From Dehalococcoidia bacterium (lineage in GTDB: Bacteria > Chloroflexota > Dehalococcoidia > Bin125), in assembly GCA_963663235.2 (NCBI GenBank), contig CAXXNO010000004.1, positions 132,515 through 196,514 of the forward strand: 64,000 nt of DNA. Direction: 5' to 3'. Under the pieces are notes generated by a model that was given only the letters and a program-made list of their open reading frames with translations, was not told the DNA's origin and made no database searches. The position numbers were made by a program, and so were the translations under genes. Positions 1 to 8,922 of this stretch are shown one piece after another (positions within the stretch are counted from its first letter, which is position 1; every line of letters begins with the position of its first letter).

Positions 1-387
1 GACTCACGAAGAGGAGCCCTAAAAAGGTGTGACTCCCCGCGGCCGCCGCCGACGGGGGGATCAGGCCCGGCTCCGGCTCCACCAGGGCGCCCAGCGCCCG
101 CTCCAGGGGGTGCTCGTCCAGCGGCGAGGCGCCTGGTACGCCCGCACCGCCGTGGGGATGCGCTACCCCGTCCAGGTGCAGATGGACGAACTGCCGCGCC
201 TCCGGCGCGTCGTCGTCGTCGCCGCCCGCCGTCAGCACGGCCACGACAATAACGATCACGGCCCCGACCGGCAGCACCACCAGGTAGGGGAGCCAGTGGG
301 CCCGCAAAAAGCGGAGCGGATGCCAGCGCGCTCGCACGCCGTGCCGGAGCGATGCGCGGCGCAACGAGCGAGTTTTGGGGCGCGCCA
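1..387 (-). CDS. hypothetical membrane-anchored protein (N-terminal part only; runs off the left edge)
   Basis: ATG at 387-385 opens a minus-strand frame with no stop down to position 1, so it is absent from the ORF track. It reads MARPKTRSLRR... then the hydrophobic helix WLPYLVVLPVGAVIVIVVAVLTA. Third codon positions are mostly G/C. No clear SD. Confidence 0.35.
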
Positions 388-490
388 TTGCGCGCAGGAT
401 AGCGCACGCCCGCCTCTGCCTGCAGCGGCCCGCTCCGAGCGGCCGGCGAATTCCGCCGCCCCACGCTCCCTGCGACGGCAGCAGTTCTCG

Positions 491-1356
491 CTATGGGAGC
501 GGCGGCGGCCAGATCACGGTGCGGCTGACCCGCACCCAGACGCCGTCGCCGTCGTTGAGCGTCCTCAGCGTGTTGAGGATGGCGAGATCGCCGGGGCCGT
601 AGCGGAGGAAGGCTTGCGCCTGGGCCTCCCACGTGAACATGGCGATCAGCGCCGTGCCCAGGTCGGCCGCGGCTTCCGCCACCACTGTGCCGTCGGGCCC
701 GGTCCAGGCGACCAGGTTCCAGCCCCGCAGGCGCGTCACCTCGCGCACGACGGCCGGAGGCGGCACGGGCTCCGCCGGCGGGTCGCCGCTGACGACCACA
801 TTGTCGACGCGCGCCTCGTGGGTCCCCAGCGTGGTGTTGCCGGTGAAGCGGATCTCGATCAGCCCGCCCTCCGCGCCGGGCAGCAGCGCGTCAACCGTGT
901 TGGCTGCAGGTCCGGTGGTCAGGTTGAGGGCCAACTCGTGCACCTGCACCGTGCTCCAGGTCCCCCCTCTCAGACGCCACTCGACGACGAGCGAGCCAGG
1001 GTCGATGTTCCCGGCTGCGGTGCTCTGCCCCCAGGTGGACTCCAGGTGGACGTTCTGCAGGCCGCCCGTGTTGACCTCGCGGGACGCGCGCCCGCCCGTG
1101 ACCAGCCGCAAGGAGCCGTCTCCGGCGCCTGTGAGCCGGATCGAGGCGTCACCAACCGCGCAACAGGGTCGAATTCCGCCCAGCCCGGTACGTCCCCACT
1201 GGAGGTCGTCCCGAAGTTGTCACTGAAGCGGATCTCCGCTTGGGTCGCTTCGGCGCCCCCGGCCTAGGGGCCAACGATTGCCACGCCCAGGGCACCCATC
1301 GGCCCGAGCGTCATCGTGCCGGCCAAGACCCAAATTCGGGACGGTCGTCCAGGCAT
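491..1356 (-). pseudogene. secreted protein remnant (in-frame TAG plus frameshift) ending in a GWNLV-type C-terminal module
   Basis: GGAGGG (1367-1362) plus ATG 1356 gives MPGRPSRIWVLAGTMTLGPMGALGVAIVGP, then an in-frame TAG (1266-1264). The same frame continues AGGAEATQAEIRFSDNFGTTSSGDVPGWAEFD. Protein-like sequence then switches frame near 1150 into tracked ORF 491..1111 (..GDASIRLTGAGDGSLRLVTGG..ARVDNVVVSG..). The last 82 aa resemble the two C-terminal modules of the S8 protease at 19043-19531. Confidence 0.5.
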
Positions 1357-1377
1357 TCTCACCCTCCGTAGTCCGTA

Positions 1378-1406
1378 GCGTTGCTCGATGACGCGTTGCT
1401 CGATGA
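1378..1406. repeat. 14-bp direct repeat gcgttgctcgatga x2 (period 15) in an intergenic region
   Basis: Exact copies at 1378-1391 and 1393-1406, read directly from the sequence. Confidence 0.6.
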
Positions 1407-1605
1407 GTAGTCGGTGTGCAGCCATACTTCGCGCGGGATAGGAGATTCTGACACAGACGATCGGAGCGAGGGCTCCCAGCGGGCGTGAACCGCCGGCAGG
1501 CGCGACGCGCTTGAGTCACGGCCATCGATCCGGGAACGACGCGAGCGTATAACGCCGGCATCAATAGACGCTGTACTCGGCGAGCGAAGTGAGCCTAACA
1601 TAAGC

Positions 1606-2161
1606 GTGGTCGACGGGAAGAGACGGAAAACCGACGTGACCACCGATCGAAATCTCGTGGCGAATCGTCGCAACGCGCTCCGCAGCACCGGCCCGCGCAC
1701 GGCGGAAGGCAAGCGGCGCGCCAGCCAGAACGCGCGCACGCATGGGCTCCTCGCGAGGACGCTCGTCGTGGACGGTGAGGACGCTGCCGCACTCGATGCC
1801 TTGGCAGGCAGCATACGGGACGCTCTCCTGCCGGAGGGCGAGCTCGAGGCGGCCCTGGTCGACCGGATCGTAGCCGCGCTCTGGCGGCTGCGGCGCTGCG
1901 GGCACGTCGAGACCGCGATCTTCGCACAGGATCTGGAGTGGATCACCGCGACCTCGCGGGAAACTGGACCTGGGCCTCCCCTTCATCCGCGCCTCCGACG
2001 CGTTTTCCAAGCTGTCGCGATACGAGACGGCGATCGAACGAACTCTCTACCGGGCACTGCATGAGCTGGAGCGGCTGCAGGAAAAGCGCAAGGGGTTGGC
2101 CGTGCCGCCGCCGCTGGCCCGTGACGTCACGATCCGTGGGGAAACAGCCACAGGGTCGTGA
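1606..2161 (+). pseudogene. conserved hypothetical protein, frameshifted
   Basis: ORF 1606..2064 begins NLVANRRNALRSTGPRTAEGKRRASQNARTHGLLA, an N-terminus I recognise from many uncharacterised proteins. The matching C-terminus (KLDLGLPFIRASDAFSKLSRYETAIERTLYRALHELERLQEKRK) is read in the next frame from about 1961 to TGA 2159-2161. Confidence 0.55.
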
Positions 2162-2390
2162 CCCCGGCGCGCCCCTGCCGCACGTCCGGCGCGCTCGTTC
2201 GGACGCCGCCGGCGCGCGATGGCCGCGGCCCCACGCCTCGCCCAATCGTCCAATCCCGAGGGCGCTCCCGATCCATGGCTTGATCGGCCAGGACGGCGGG
2301 AGCCGGGAAGAGACAGCGGGCCGATCCACTGCTCTTCCTGGATGAGCCAAGCGAACCGGTCTCCCTTGACCACTCCGGCGACGCCTCCGA

Positions 2391-2753
2391 TTGCTGCGCG
2401 AACGCGCGCAGCTCAATCAGTGGGAGGTCGCCAGGGAACTGGGCCGAACGGATACCCAGTTGAACCACATCGAAAACGGGCGGGGTGTCCCGGATGATCC
2501 CGATGAGTTTGGGCGGAATGACGGGATCGCCGTCGCGCGTTCGCTCATAGGGAAGACGGATGAATTGCAGGCCCTGCTTGGGGAAATGGGGCGTCTCTCA
2601 AGTCGGGAGGCAGGCGAGCTGTCCCTGGCGCCTCGGCATCGTCGCGGCACGGGATTACGTATTACGCAACGGGGCATGCCCGCAGCTCGCGTCGACGAGG
2701 GCATCGAAGGAATCACCCGAACGATCGAGGGCTCGGGACAGTCGGCACGATGA
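2391..2753 (+). CDS. XRE-family helix-turn-helix protein (possibly truncated or degraded)
   Basis: LRERAQLNQWEVARELGRTDTQLNHIENGRGVP is a typical HTH_3 core. The frame opens only at 2370 (TGA at 2367), with TTG as the sole start candidate. The C-terminal two-thirds are not recognisable. Confidence 0.3.
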   Translation: MLRERAQLNQWEVARELGRTDTQLNHIENGRGVPDDPDEFGRNDGIAVARSLIGKTDELQALLGEMGRLSSREAGELSLAPRHRRGTGLRITQRGMPAARVDEGIEGITRTIEGSGQSAR

Positions 2754-3506
2754 ACCAAGCGGAGGGATGCAGGGAAGAACACCTACCGAATCGTCATTGA
2801 CTTCCTGGAGGAGGCAGAGGGATCCTCACGGGCGACCACGTGATCAGGTCCGCTTCGGCCACCGGTTCCAGAGATGGACGTGGTCATCGACTCTCCGAAA
2901 CGCCGCCGGCCCTTCCCCCGAGCGGAGATCGTAGACCGTGGCCGCCCGTCGGCCCCGCAACCACTGGCGACGGTGCCTTCGCCCGGCGACCCTGCTTCGC
3001 CGAGCAAGCCTGCTCGGCGGGACGGACGCGATCGACGCCCAGCGCTGCGATCCAGATGAACGGGACGCTCGCTCGCATCACTCCTCCTCACCGCGGTGCG
3101 CTCCGCCTCTTGGAAGCGTGCCGTCCGGCGGGCGTACCGATCCCGCAGGCCGGGACCGGACGAGCCGGCGCCGGTCATCGGTAGGACAAAACTTACGAAA
3201 CGAACCCCATGCTGTCTGGGATTCGTCCGCCGGATCCCGCGGCAGCGGGCGGTAGCGCGCCCGCGATTCTCCCGTATCGTTGGCGACGATTCGCCGAACG
3301 AGGCCGCCGGATATGCGATGGAGCCCCCCAGGTGGCCGATTCCGCCGCCACGCCCGTATCGGCCGGGTCTGCCCCGGCGCCGCCCGTCCCCCCACGAGGG
3401 ACAAGCGCTCTCCCGACACAGCCTCGGTGCGCCGTGGCTGGCGGCGCGGGCGCGTCCCAACCACGCCTTCTCCCAGCAGGAGGACAATCGCGCGGGCGGC
3501 GCCGAG

Positions 3507-4379
3507 TCAGGCCCGCGGGTACTCGTAGACGCCGCGGCCACTCTTGCGACCGAGCCAGCCGGCCTCGACGTAGCGCCGCACGATAGTCGGCGGGACCAGA
3601 CGCGGGTCGCGCAGCTCGTCGTACATGCTCTCCGCCACGTCGATGAGCACGTCGAGGCCGATGAGGTCGGCGGTGGCCAGCGGTCCCATGGCGTGGCTGA
3701 AGCCCAGGTGGCAGGCGTTATCGATGTCTTCCGCCGTGGCCACGCCGGACTCGAGCAAGCGGAGCGCGTCCAGCACGAAGGGGACCAGCAGGCGGTTGGA
3801 GATAAAGCCGGGCGTGTCCTTGGCGCGCACGGGCGTCTTCTCCAGGCTGCGCACGAACCTCTCGGCCAATTCCACGGCGTCGGGGTCGGCGGTGTAGGGC
3901 ACGACGATCTCCACCAGGGGCAGCACCGGCGCCGGATTGAAGAAGTGCAGGCCCAATACCCGCTGGGGCGTCTGCGTCGCGCCGGCCAGGTTCTGGAGGG
4001 AGAGCGAGGACGTATTGCTGGCCAGCAGCCGCGCCGCGGGGCAAGCCTTATCCAGCTCCTCAAAGATGCGGCGCTTGAGATCGAGGCGCTCGCTGGCCGC
4101 CTCGATCACGACGTCGGCGTGAGCCAGGTCGCCTAGATCCGTGCTGCCGCGCAGACGGGCGAGGGCGGCGTCGCGGTCGGCGGCGCCCATGCGGTCACGC
4201 TGCACCAGCCGCTCCAGCCCGCGCGTGGCCGAGGCGATTCCCTTCTGGATCAGCGCGTCGTCGACATCCCGCAGCACCACGGCGTAGCCGCGCTGCACCG
4301 CGACCTGCGCGATTCCGGCGCCCATGGTCCCGGCGCCGACGACGGCGACCGTCTTGATCTCGGATAGCGCTGCGCTCAT
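3507..4379 (-). CDS. 3-hydroxyacyl-CoA / 3-hydroxybutyryl-CoA dehydrogenase
   Basis: Rossmann motif VAVVGAGTMGAGIA. Also ASNTSSLS, LGLHFFNPAPV and PGFISNRLL, and a C-terminal GRKSGRGVYEY, typical of the Hbd/FadB C-terminal family. Confidence 0.93.
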   Translation of the reverse strand: MSAALSEIKTVAVVGAGTMGAGIAQVAVQRGYAVVLRDVDDALIQKGIASATRGLERLVQRDRMGAADRDAALARLRGSTDLGDLAHADVVIEAASERLDLKRRIFEELDKACPAARLLASNTSSLSLQNLAGATQTPQRVLGLHFFNPAPVLPLVEIVVPYTADPDAVELAERFVRSLEKTPVRAKDTPGFISNRLLVPFVLDALRLLESGVATAEDIDNACHLGFSHAMGPLATADLIGLDVLIDVAESMYDELRDPRLVPPTIVRRYVEAGWLGRKSGRGVYEYPRA

Positions 4380-4412
4380 GTCGTCCTCGCTCTCGTGCGG
4401 GAGGCGGCGGCT

Positions 4413-5816
4413 TCAGGAAGCGGGCTCGCCCACCCCCTCCGGGATCGTGACCTCCGGATGCTGCGCCAGCGCGTCCCAGATAATCGCGCGGATGGCATCG
4501 TAGCGGTCGCGGCTCTGGGCCTCGATACGGACGGAGAGCACCGGGCCGGTGTTGGAGGCGCGCACCAGCGCCCAACCGTCGTCGAAGTCTATGCGCGCGC
4601 CGTCGATCTCCATGACGGAATAGAGGTCGCGGAAGTGCGCCGTGATCTCCGCGGCCACGCGAAACTTGGCCCGATCCGGGCAGGGCAGCTTCAGTTCCGG
4701 CGAGGTCACAAACGCGCGCAGCCCCTGGAAATGCGCCGAGAGGGGCTGGTCATCGGCCGCGAGCATGCGAGCGAACAGGCAGGCGGCGAAGACCGCGTCG
4801 TCGAGGCCGTAGTAGTCCTCGGCAAAGTAGTAGTGCGCGCTGCCTTCCCCCCCGAGGAGGATCCCCTCGTCGCGCATCTTGCGCTTCCCGAGGGAGTGCC
4901 CCGTTGGGGCGAAGACGGGAACGCCGCCCCGCGAGCGGATGTCGTCGACCGCGGTGAGCGAGGTCTTGACGTCCACCAGCACGCGCTCGCCGGGACGCCG
5001 CGCGAGCAGATCACGGGCCAGCACCGCCAGGATCTCGTCCGCCTGGTAGCGGACGCCGCGCTCGTTTACTAAGCCGAAGCGATCGCCGTCGCCGTCCCAG
5101 GCGACGCCGAGGTCGGCGCCATGTTGGAGCACGGCCGCGCGGAGCGCCGTCATCGTTTCCGCCACCTGGGGATCGGGCAGGTGATGGGGGAAGGTGCCGT
5201 CCAACTCGGCAAAGAGCTCGACCACGTCACAGCCGATGCGTCGCAACGCCTCCGGGCCCGTCAGGGTCGCGACGGCGTTGCCGGCGTCCGTGACCACTTT
5301 GATGCGCCGGGGCAAGGCAAAGCGTCGCGTGAGGAGATCCCAATACTCCGGCTTGGCGTCGCGCTCGCTGAGGGCGCCCCGGCCGCCCTCGAAATCGTCG
5401 CCCTGGGCGATCTCGCGCACCCGCTGGATCTCATCGGGGGCCAGGGGAATGCCGCGTCGCTCCAGCAGCTTCATGCCGTTCATATGGGTCGGATTGTGGC
5501 TGCCGGTCACGCTGACGCCGCCATCGAGGCCCCAGTGCGCGGCGGCGAAATAGAGCAGGGGCGAAGGCGCCAGCCCGATATCGACGACCGAAACGCCCGC
5601 GGCGCGCACACCCTCGACGAAGCCATCGCGCAGCGCCACCGAGGAAGGACGGTTGTCCCGCCCGGCGACGATCTCATGCACATCGTACTGGCGAACGAGG
5701 TAGGTGCCGTAGGCGCGGCCGATGCGCTCCGCCACCGCCGGTGTCAGATCGTCGCCCACTGTGCCGCGAATGTCGTAGGCACGGAACATCAAAGGGTTCA
5801 AAGTGATCGGTGGCAT
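4413..5816 (-). CDS. phosphomannomutase/phosphoglucomutase (alpha-D-phosphohexomutase)
   Basis: FRAYDIRG N-terminus, catalytic-Ser loop TGSHNP, metal loop DGDGDR, and GGEGSAHYYF. Confidence 0.93.
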   Translation of the reverse strand: MPPITLNPLMFRAYDIRGTVGDDLTPAVAERIGRAYGTYLVRQYDVHEIVAGRDNRPSSVALRDGFVEGVRAAGVSVVDIGLAPSPLLYFAAAHWGLDGGVSVTGSHNPTHMNGMKLLERRGIPLAPDEIQRVREIAQGDDFEGGRGALSERDAKPEYWDLLTRRFALPRRIKVVTDAGNAVATLTGPEALRRIGCDVVELFAELDGTFPHHLPDPQVAETMTALRAAVLQHGADLGVAWDGDGDRFGLVNERGVRYQADEILAVLARDLLARRPGERVLVDVKTSLTAVDDIRSRGGVPVFAPTGHSLGKRKMRDEGILLGGEGSAHYYFAEDYYGLDDAVFAACLFARMLAADDQPLSAHFQGLRAFVTSPELKLPCPDRAKFRVAAEITAHFRDLYSVMEIDGARIDFDDGWALVRASNTGPVLSVRIEAQSRDRYDAIRAIIWDALAQHPEVTIPEGVGEPAS

Positions 5817-5873
5817 TGGCGTCCGTGATTGCGCGATTGGATCGAAGTCCGTGACGCCCGACCCGCTGCGATT

Positions 5874-7286
5874 CTATCCTCCCGAGGGCGCCGGTTCGCC
5901 GAAGTCCGGCGGCAGCGTCACCTCGGGATGCTCGGCCACCATCTGGAAGACGCGCGATCGGATCGCCTCGTAGCGGTCGCGATCTTCCGCCTCCATCCGG
6001 ATCGAGAGGACCGGATTGGTGTTTGAGGCGCGCACGAGGGCCCAGCCATCGCCGAAGTCGATGCGCGTGCCGTCTGCATCGACGGCGACGGCGGCGGCGC
6101 GCAGGCGCTCCGTGATCGCCGCCGCGACGCGGAACTTGGCCTCGTCCGCGCAGGGCAGCATGATCTCGGGGGAGGTGACCAAGCGCTGCATGCCGGCGAG
6201 ATGCGCGGAGAGCGGCCGGCTCTCCGCCGCCAGGATCTTGGCGGCCGCGCAGGCCGCGTACACGCCGTCGTCGATGCCGTAGTAGTCCTCCGCGAAGACG
6301 ATGTGGCCGCTGGCCTCGCCGCCGAAGAGGATCTTCTCCGCCTCAATGCGCCGGCGGAGCAGCGAATATCCGGTTGGAGTCAGCACCGGCTCGCCGCCGT
6401 GGGCGCGGACGTCCCGGATGGCGCTGAGCGAGGTCTTGGCATCGAGCAAGATGCGCGCACCAGGATGGCGCGTGAGCACGTCGCGCGCGAGCAGGGCCAC
6501 GAGCCAGTCCGCGTCATAGCGGACGCCCCGCTCGTCCACCATGCCGACGCGGTCGCCGTCGCCGTCCCACGCGAAGCCCACATCGGCGGCGTGCTCTTGG
6601 ACCGCCGCGCACAACTGCACCATGGTCTGCGGATCCTGCGGGTTCGGCACGTGGTTGGGGAACCCCTCCAGCAACTCCGTGTACAGCCCGATCACGTCAC
6701 AGCCGATCCGCCGCAGCGCCTCCGGCCCAGTCAGCGTGGCGACGCCGTTGCCAGGATCGGCGACCACCGTGAGGGGGCGGGCGAGACGAAAGCGCTCAGC
6801 CAGGAGCGCCAGGTATTCGGGTTTGGGATCGCGCTCGTCCAGGGCGCCGCGACCGTGGTCGAGATCGCCCGACTCGGCCAGCCGCCGGACCTCCTGGATC
6901 TCCTCGGGCAGCAGCGCCGACGCCCCGCGCTGCACGAGCTTGGCGCCGTTGAACTCGATCGGGTTGTGGCTGGCCGTGACATTCACCGCACCGTCCAGCC
7001 CCCAGGCCGCCGCGGCGAAACCGACGACCGGGCTCGGACTCAGCCCCACGGCAGTGACATCGACCCCAGCGCCCCGCGCTCCCGCGATCAGGGCGTCGTA
7101 GAGCGCGGGCGACGAGGGGCGGCTATCGCGGCCGACCGCGATGCGCCGGCCGTCGAATCGTCGTCGCAGATAGGTGGCGAACGCCGCTCCGAGTCGCTCG
7201 GCGACCGCAGGCGTGAACTCCTCAGCGGCGATCCCGCGGATGTCGTAGGCCCGGAAGATATGAGGATCGAGGGCGAGGTCCGGCAT
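5874..7286 (-). CDS. phosphomannomutase/phosphoglucomutase, tandem paralog
   Basis: Same motif set (FRAYDIRG, TASHNP, DGDGDR, GGEASGHIVF). The start is moved to ATG 7286 (MPDLALDPHIFRAYDIRG), because the upstream 24 codons of the tracked ORF look non-coding. Confidence 0.9.
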   Translation of the reverse strand: MPDLALDPHIFRAYDIRGIAAEEFTPAVAERLGAAFATYLRRRFDGRRIAVGRDSRPSSPALYDALIAGARGAGVDVTAVGLSPSPVVGFAAAAWGLDGAVNVTASHNPIEFNGAKLVQRGASALLPEEIQEVRRLAESGDLDHGRGALDERDPKPEYLALLAERFRLARPLTVVADPGNGVATLTGPEALRRIGCDVIGLYTELLEGFPNHVPNPQDPQTMVQLCAAVQEHAADVGFAWDGDGDRVGMVDERGVRYDADWLVALLARDVLTRHPGARILLDAKTSLSAIRDVRAHGGEPVLTPTGYSLLRRRIEAEKILFGGEASGHIVFAEDYYGIDDGVYAACAAAKILAAESRPLSAHLAGMQRLVTSPEIMLPCADEAKFRVAAAITERLRAAAVAVDADGTRIDFGDGWALVRASNTNPVLSIRMEAEDRDRYEAIRSRVFQMVAEHPEVTLPPDFGEPAPSGG

Positions 7287-7373
7287 CTGGATCCATGCTA
7301 ACCGGGCCGTAGCCGCTGCCATAGCGCACGCGCGACACGCGCCGAATCCGCCGGGCAACGCCGCGGGGGCTGA

Positions 7374-8807
7374 CTAGAGCTCTGCGAGAGCCGGACGGCT
7401 CGCGGCCCAGGCGAAGGCCTCCTCCAGGGCGGCGGCGGCGCGTATCGCCGTGACCTCCTCGCCGCCGCGGGCGACGATCTGGATCGCGGTGGGCAGCGCC
7501 TCGGGGCTGAACCCGGTGGGCACGGAGATTGCGGGCTGGAGGCTGAGATTGAAGGGCACGGTGAAGGGCGTGGCGCCCCAGAACTTGATCGCCGGCTTGC
7601 CCTCGATCTCCTTGACCCACTGGTGGTGCGGGAACGCCGGCACCGCGGTCCCCGGTGTGAGCAGCAGGTCATAGTCAAGGAAGAAGAGACGCATACGCGC
7701 CCGATAGTCCTCCAGGGTGGCGTACGCCTGCACGACTGTCGCGCCGTCCTGCGCGCGACCCTCCTCGACGGCGCGGCGGACGTAGCGGGTGAGACGGTCA
7801 CCGTCGGAGTCGTAGAGCGCGCCGTGGTTGGCGGCGGCGCCGGCCATCGCGATCGGAGGGAAAATGTCAAAGGGGTAGGGGACGTCGGGGGTGGCGGCTT
7901 CGACGGTCGCGCCGCGCTCGCGTAGCTGCGCCAGGGCGCGCTCGCAGTTGGCCAAGACGGACGACTCGACCGTCGCGAAGCCGAGGTCCGGGCTCCAGGC
8001 GATGCGCAGGTCGCGCAGATCGGTGCGGTCGCAGGCGGCGAGGTAGTCGTCGGGGTCGTCGGGAAGGGCCGTGGGGTCTCGCGGGTCGGGCCCGGCCATC
8101 ACTTGCAGCATCAGAGCGGCGTCGCGGACGGTGCGCGCCAACGGTCCCTCGGTGGAGATCCGCGGCATGCCCGCAGCGCGCGGGCGGGCGGTGGGGATGC
8201 GTCCTTGGGTGGGCTTGATCCCCACAACGCCGTTGAAGGCGGCCGGGAGGCGGATCGAGCCGCCGCCGTCGCTGCCATGCGCCAGAGGTCCGAGACCGGC
8301 CGCGACGGCCGCTCCGGCCCCACCGCTGGAGCCGCCGGCCACGCGCTCCAGATTCCAGGGCGTGCCGACGGGATCGCCGAGCAAGTTCTCGGTGACGGTG
8401 ACCAGGCCGAACTCCGGCGTGTTGGTCTTGCCCAGGAGCACGGCGCCGGCCGCCTCCAGGCGCTCGTAGGGGATGCCGCTGGAGTCGGCGATGTGGTTTT
8501 CGAAGATCTTGGAGCCCTGCGTGGTGCGGACACCGGCAACATCGTGCAGGTCCTTGATGGAGACGGGCACCCCGAGCAGCGGCGGCAGCGCATCGAGGTC
8601 GCCGCGCGCGCGCGCATCGACGTAGCGCGCCTCCGCAGCGGCGGCCTGGCGGCGGGCGATATCAGCGGTGACGGTGAGAAAAGCGTGCAGGACCGGATTG
8701 AGCCGGTCGATGCGCTCCAGCACCTCGTCGACGACGTCGCGGGGTGAGGCATCGCCAGCACGGTAGAGCGCGACCAACTCCACAGCGGATCGAAAGGCGT
8801 GGGACAT
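7374..8807 (-). CDS. amidase (amidase-signature family)
   Basis: AS signature GGSSGGAGAAVAAGLGPLAHGSDGGGSIRLPAAFNGVVGIKPTQGRIP. The start is set at ATG 8807 (MSHAFRSAVEL). Confidence 0.9.
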   Translation of the reverse strand: MSHAFRSAVELVALYRAGDASPRDVVDEVLERIDRLNPVLHAFLTVTADIARRQAAAAEARYVDARARGDLDALPPLLGVPVSIKDLHDVAGVRTTQGSKIFENHIADSSGIPYERLEAAGAVLLGKTNTPEFGLVTVTENLLGDPVGTPWNLERVAGGSSGGAGAAVAAGLGPLAHGSDGGGSIRLPAAFNGVVGIKPTQGRIPTARPRAAGMPRISTEGPLARTVRDAALMLQVMAGPDPRDPTALPDDPDDYLAACDRTDLRDLRIAWSPDLGFATVESSVLANCERALAQLRERGATVEAATPDVPYPFDIFPPIAMAGAAANHGALYDSDGDRLTRYVRRAVEEGRAQDGATVVQAYATLEDYRARMRLFFLDYDLLLTPGTAVPAFPHHQWVKEIEGKPAIKFWGATPFTVPFNLSLQPAISVPTGFSPEALPTAIQIVARGGEEVTAIRAAAALEEAFAWAASRPALAEL

Positions 8808-8922
8808 CGGGCACCCCCCAAATCTGAGGCAAGTCTGAGGCGACGCGTGGCGCGAAGCCGGGCGAGTATAACGCTGCGCGCATCGCGTCCGTCTGGACGC
8901 CACCAGGCCAGGCCCGGCTCCG

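Noticed and set aside
1160-1180. tRNA T-loop-like string ggtcgaattcc
   Set aside because: It does not match the GGTTCGAATCC consensus exactly. No acceptor or anticodon stems can be drawn around it, and it lies within protein-like sequence of the pseudogene.
29-1267. 412-aa plus-strand ORF covering the left end
   Set aside because: Its composition is Arg/Pro/Ala/Gly-rich with no recognisable motif. It lies antisense to minus-strand sequence that has clear protein-like character. This is a typical shadow ORF of GC-rich DNA.
2868-3081. 64-codon minus-strand ORF with a strong GAGGAGG SD (2884..3081) and a nearby DDHVHLW amidohydrolase-like frame fragment
   Set aside because: The ORF tail is Arg/Gly-rich and unrecognisable. 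The HxH fragment terminates after a few codons. I treat both as remnants (see the decay-zone finding) rather than as genes.
2783-4136. Long ORFs 2783..4063 (-) and 3096..4136 (+)
   Set aside because: They overlap the well-supported 3-hydroxyacyl-CoA dehydrogenase gene in alternative or antisense frames. Their translation is low-complexity and Arg-rich.
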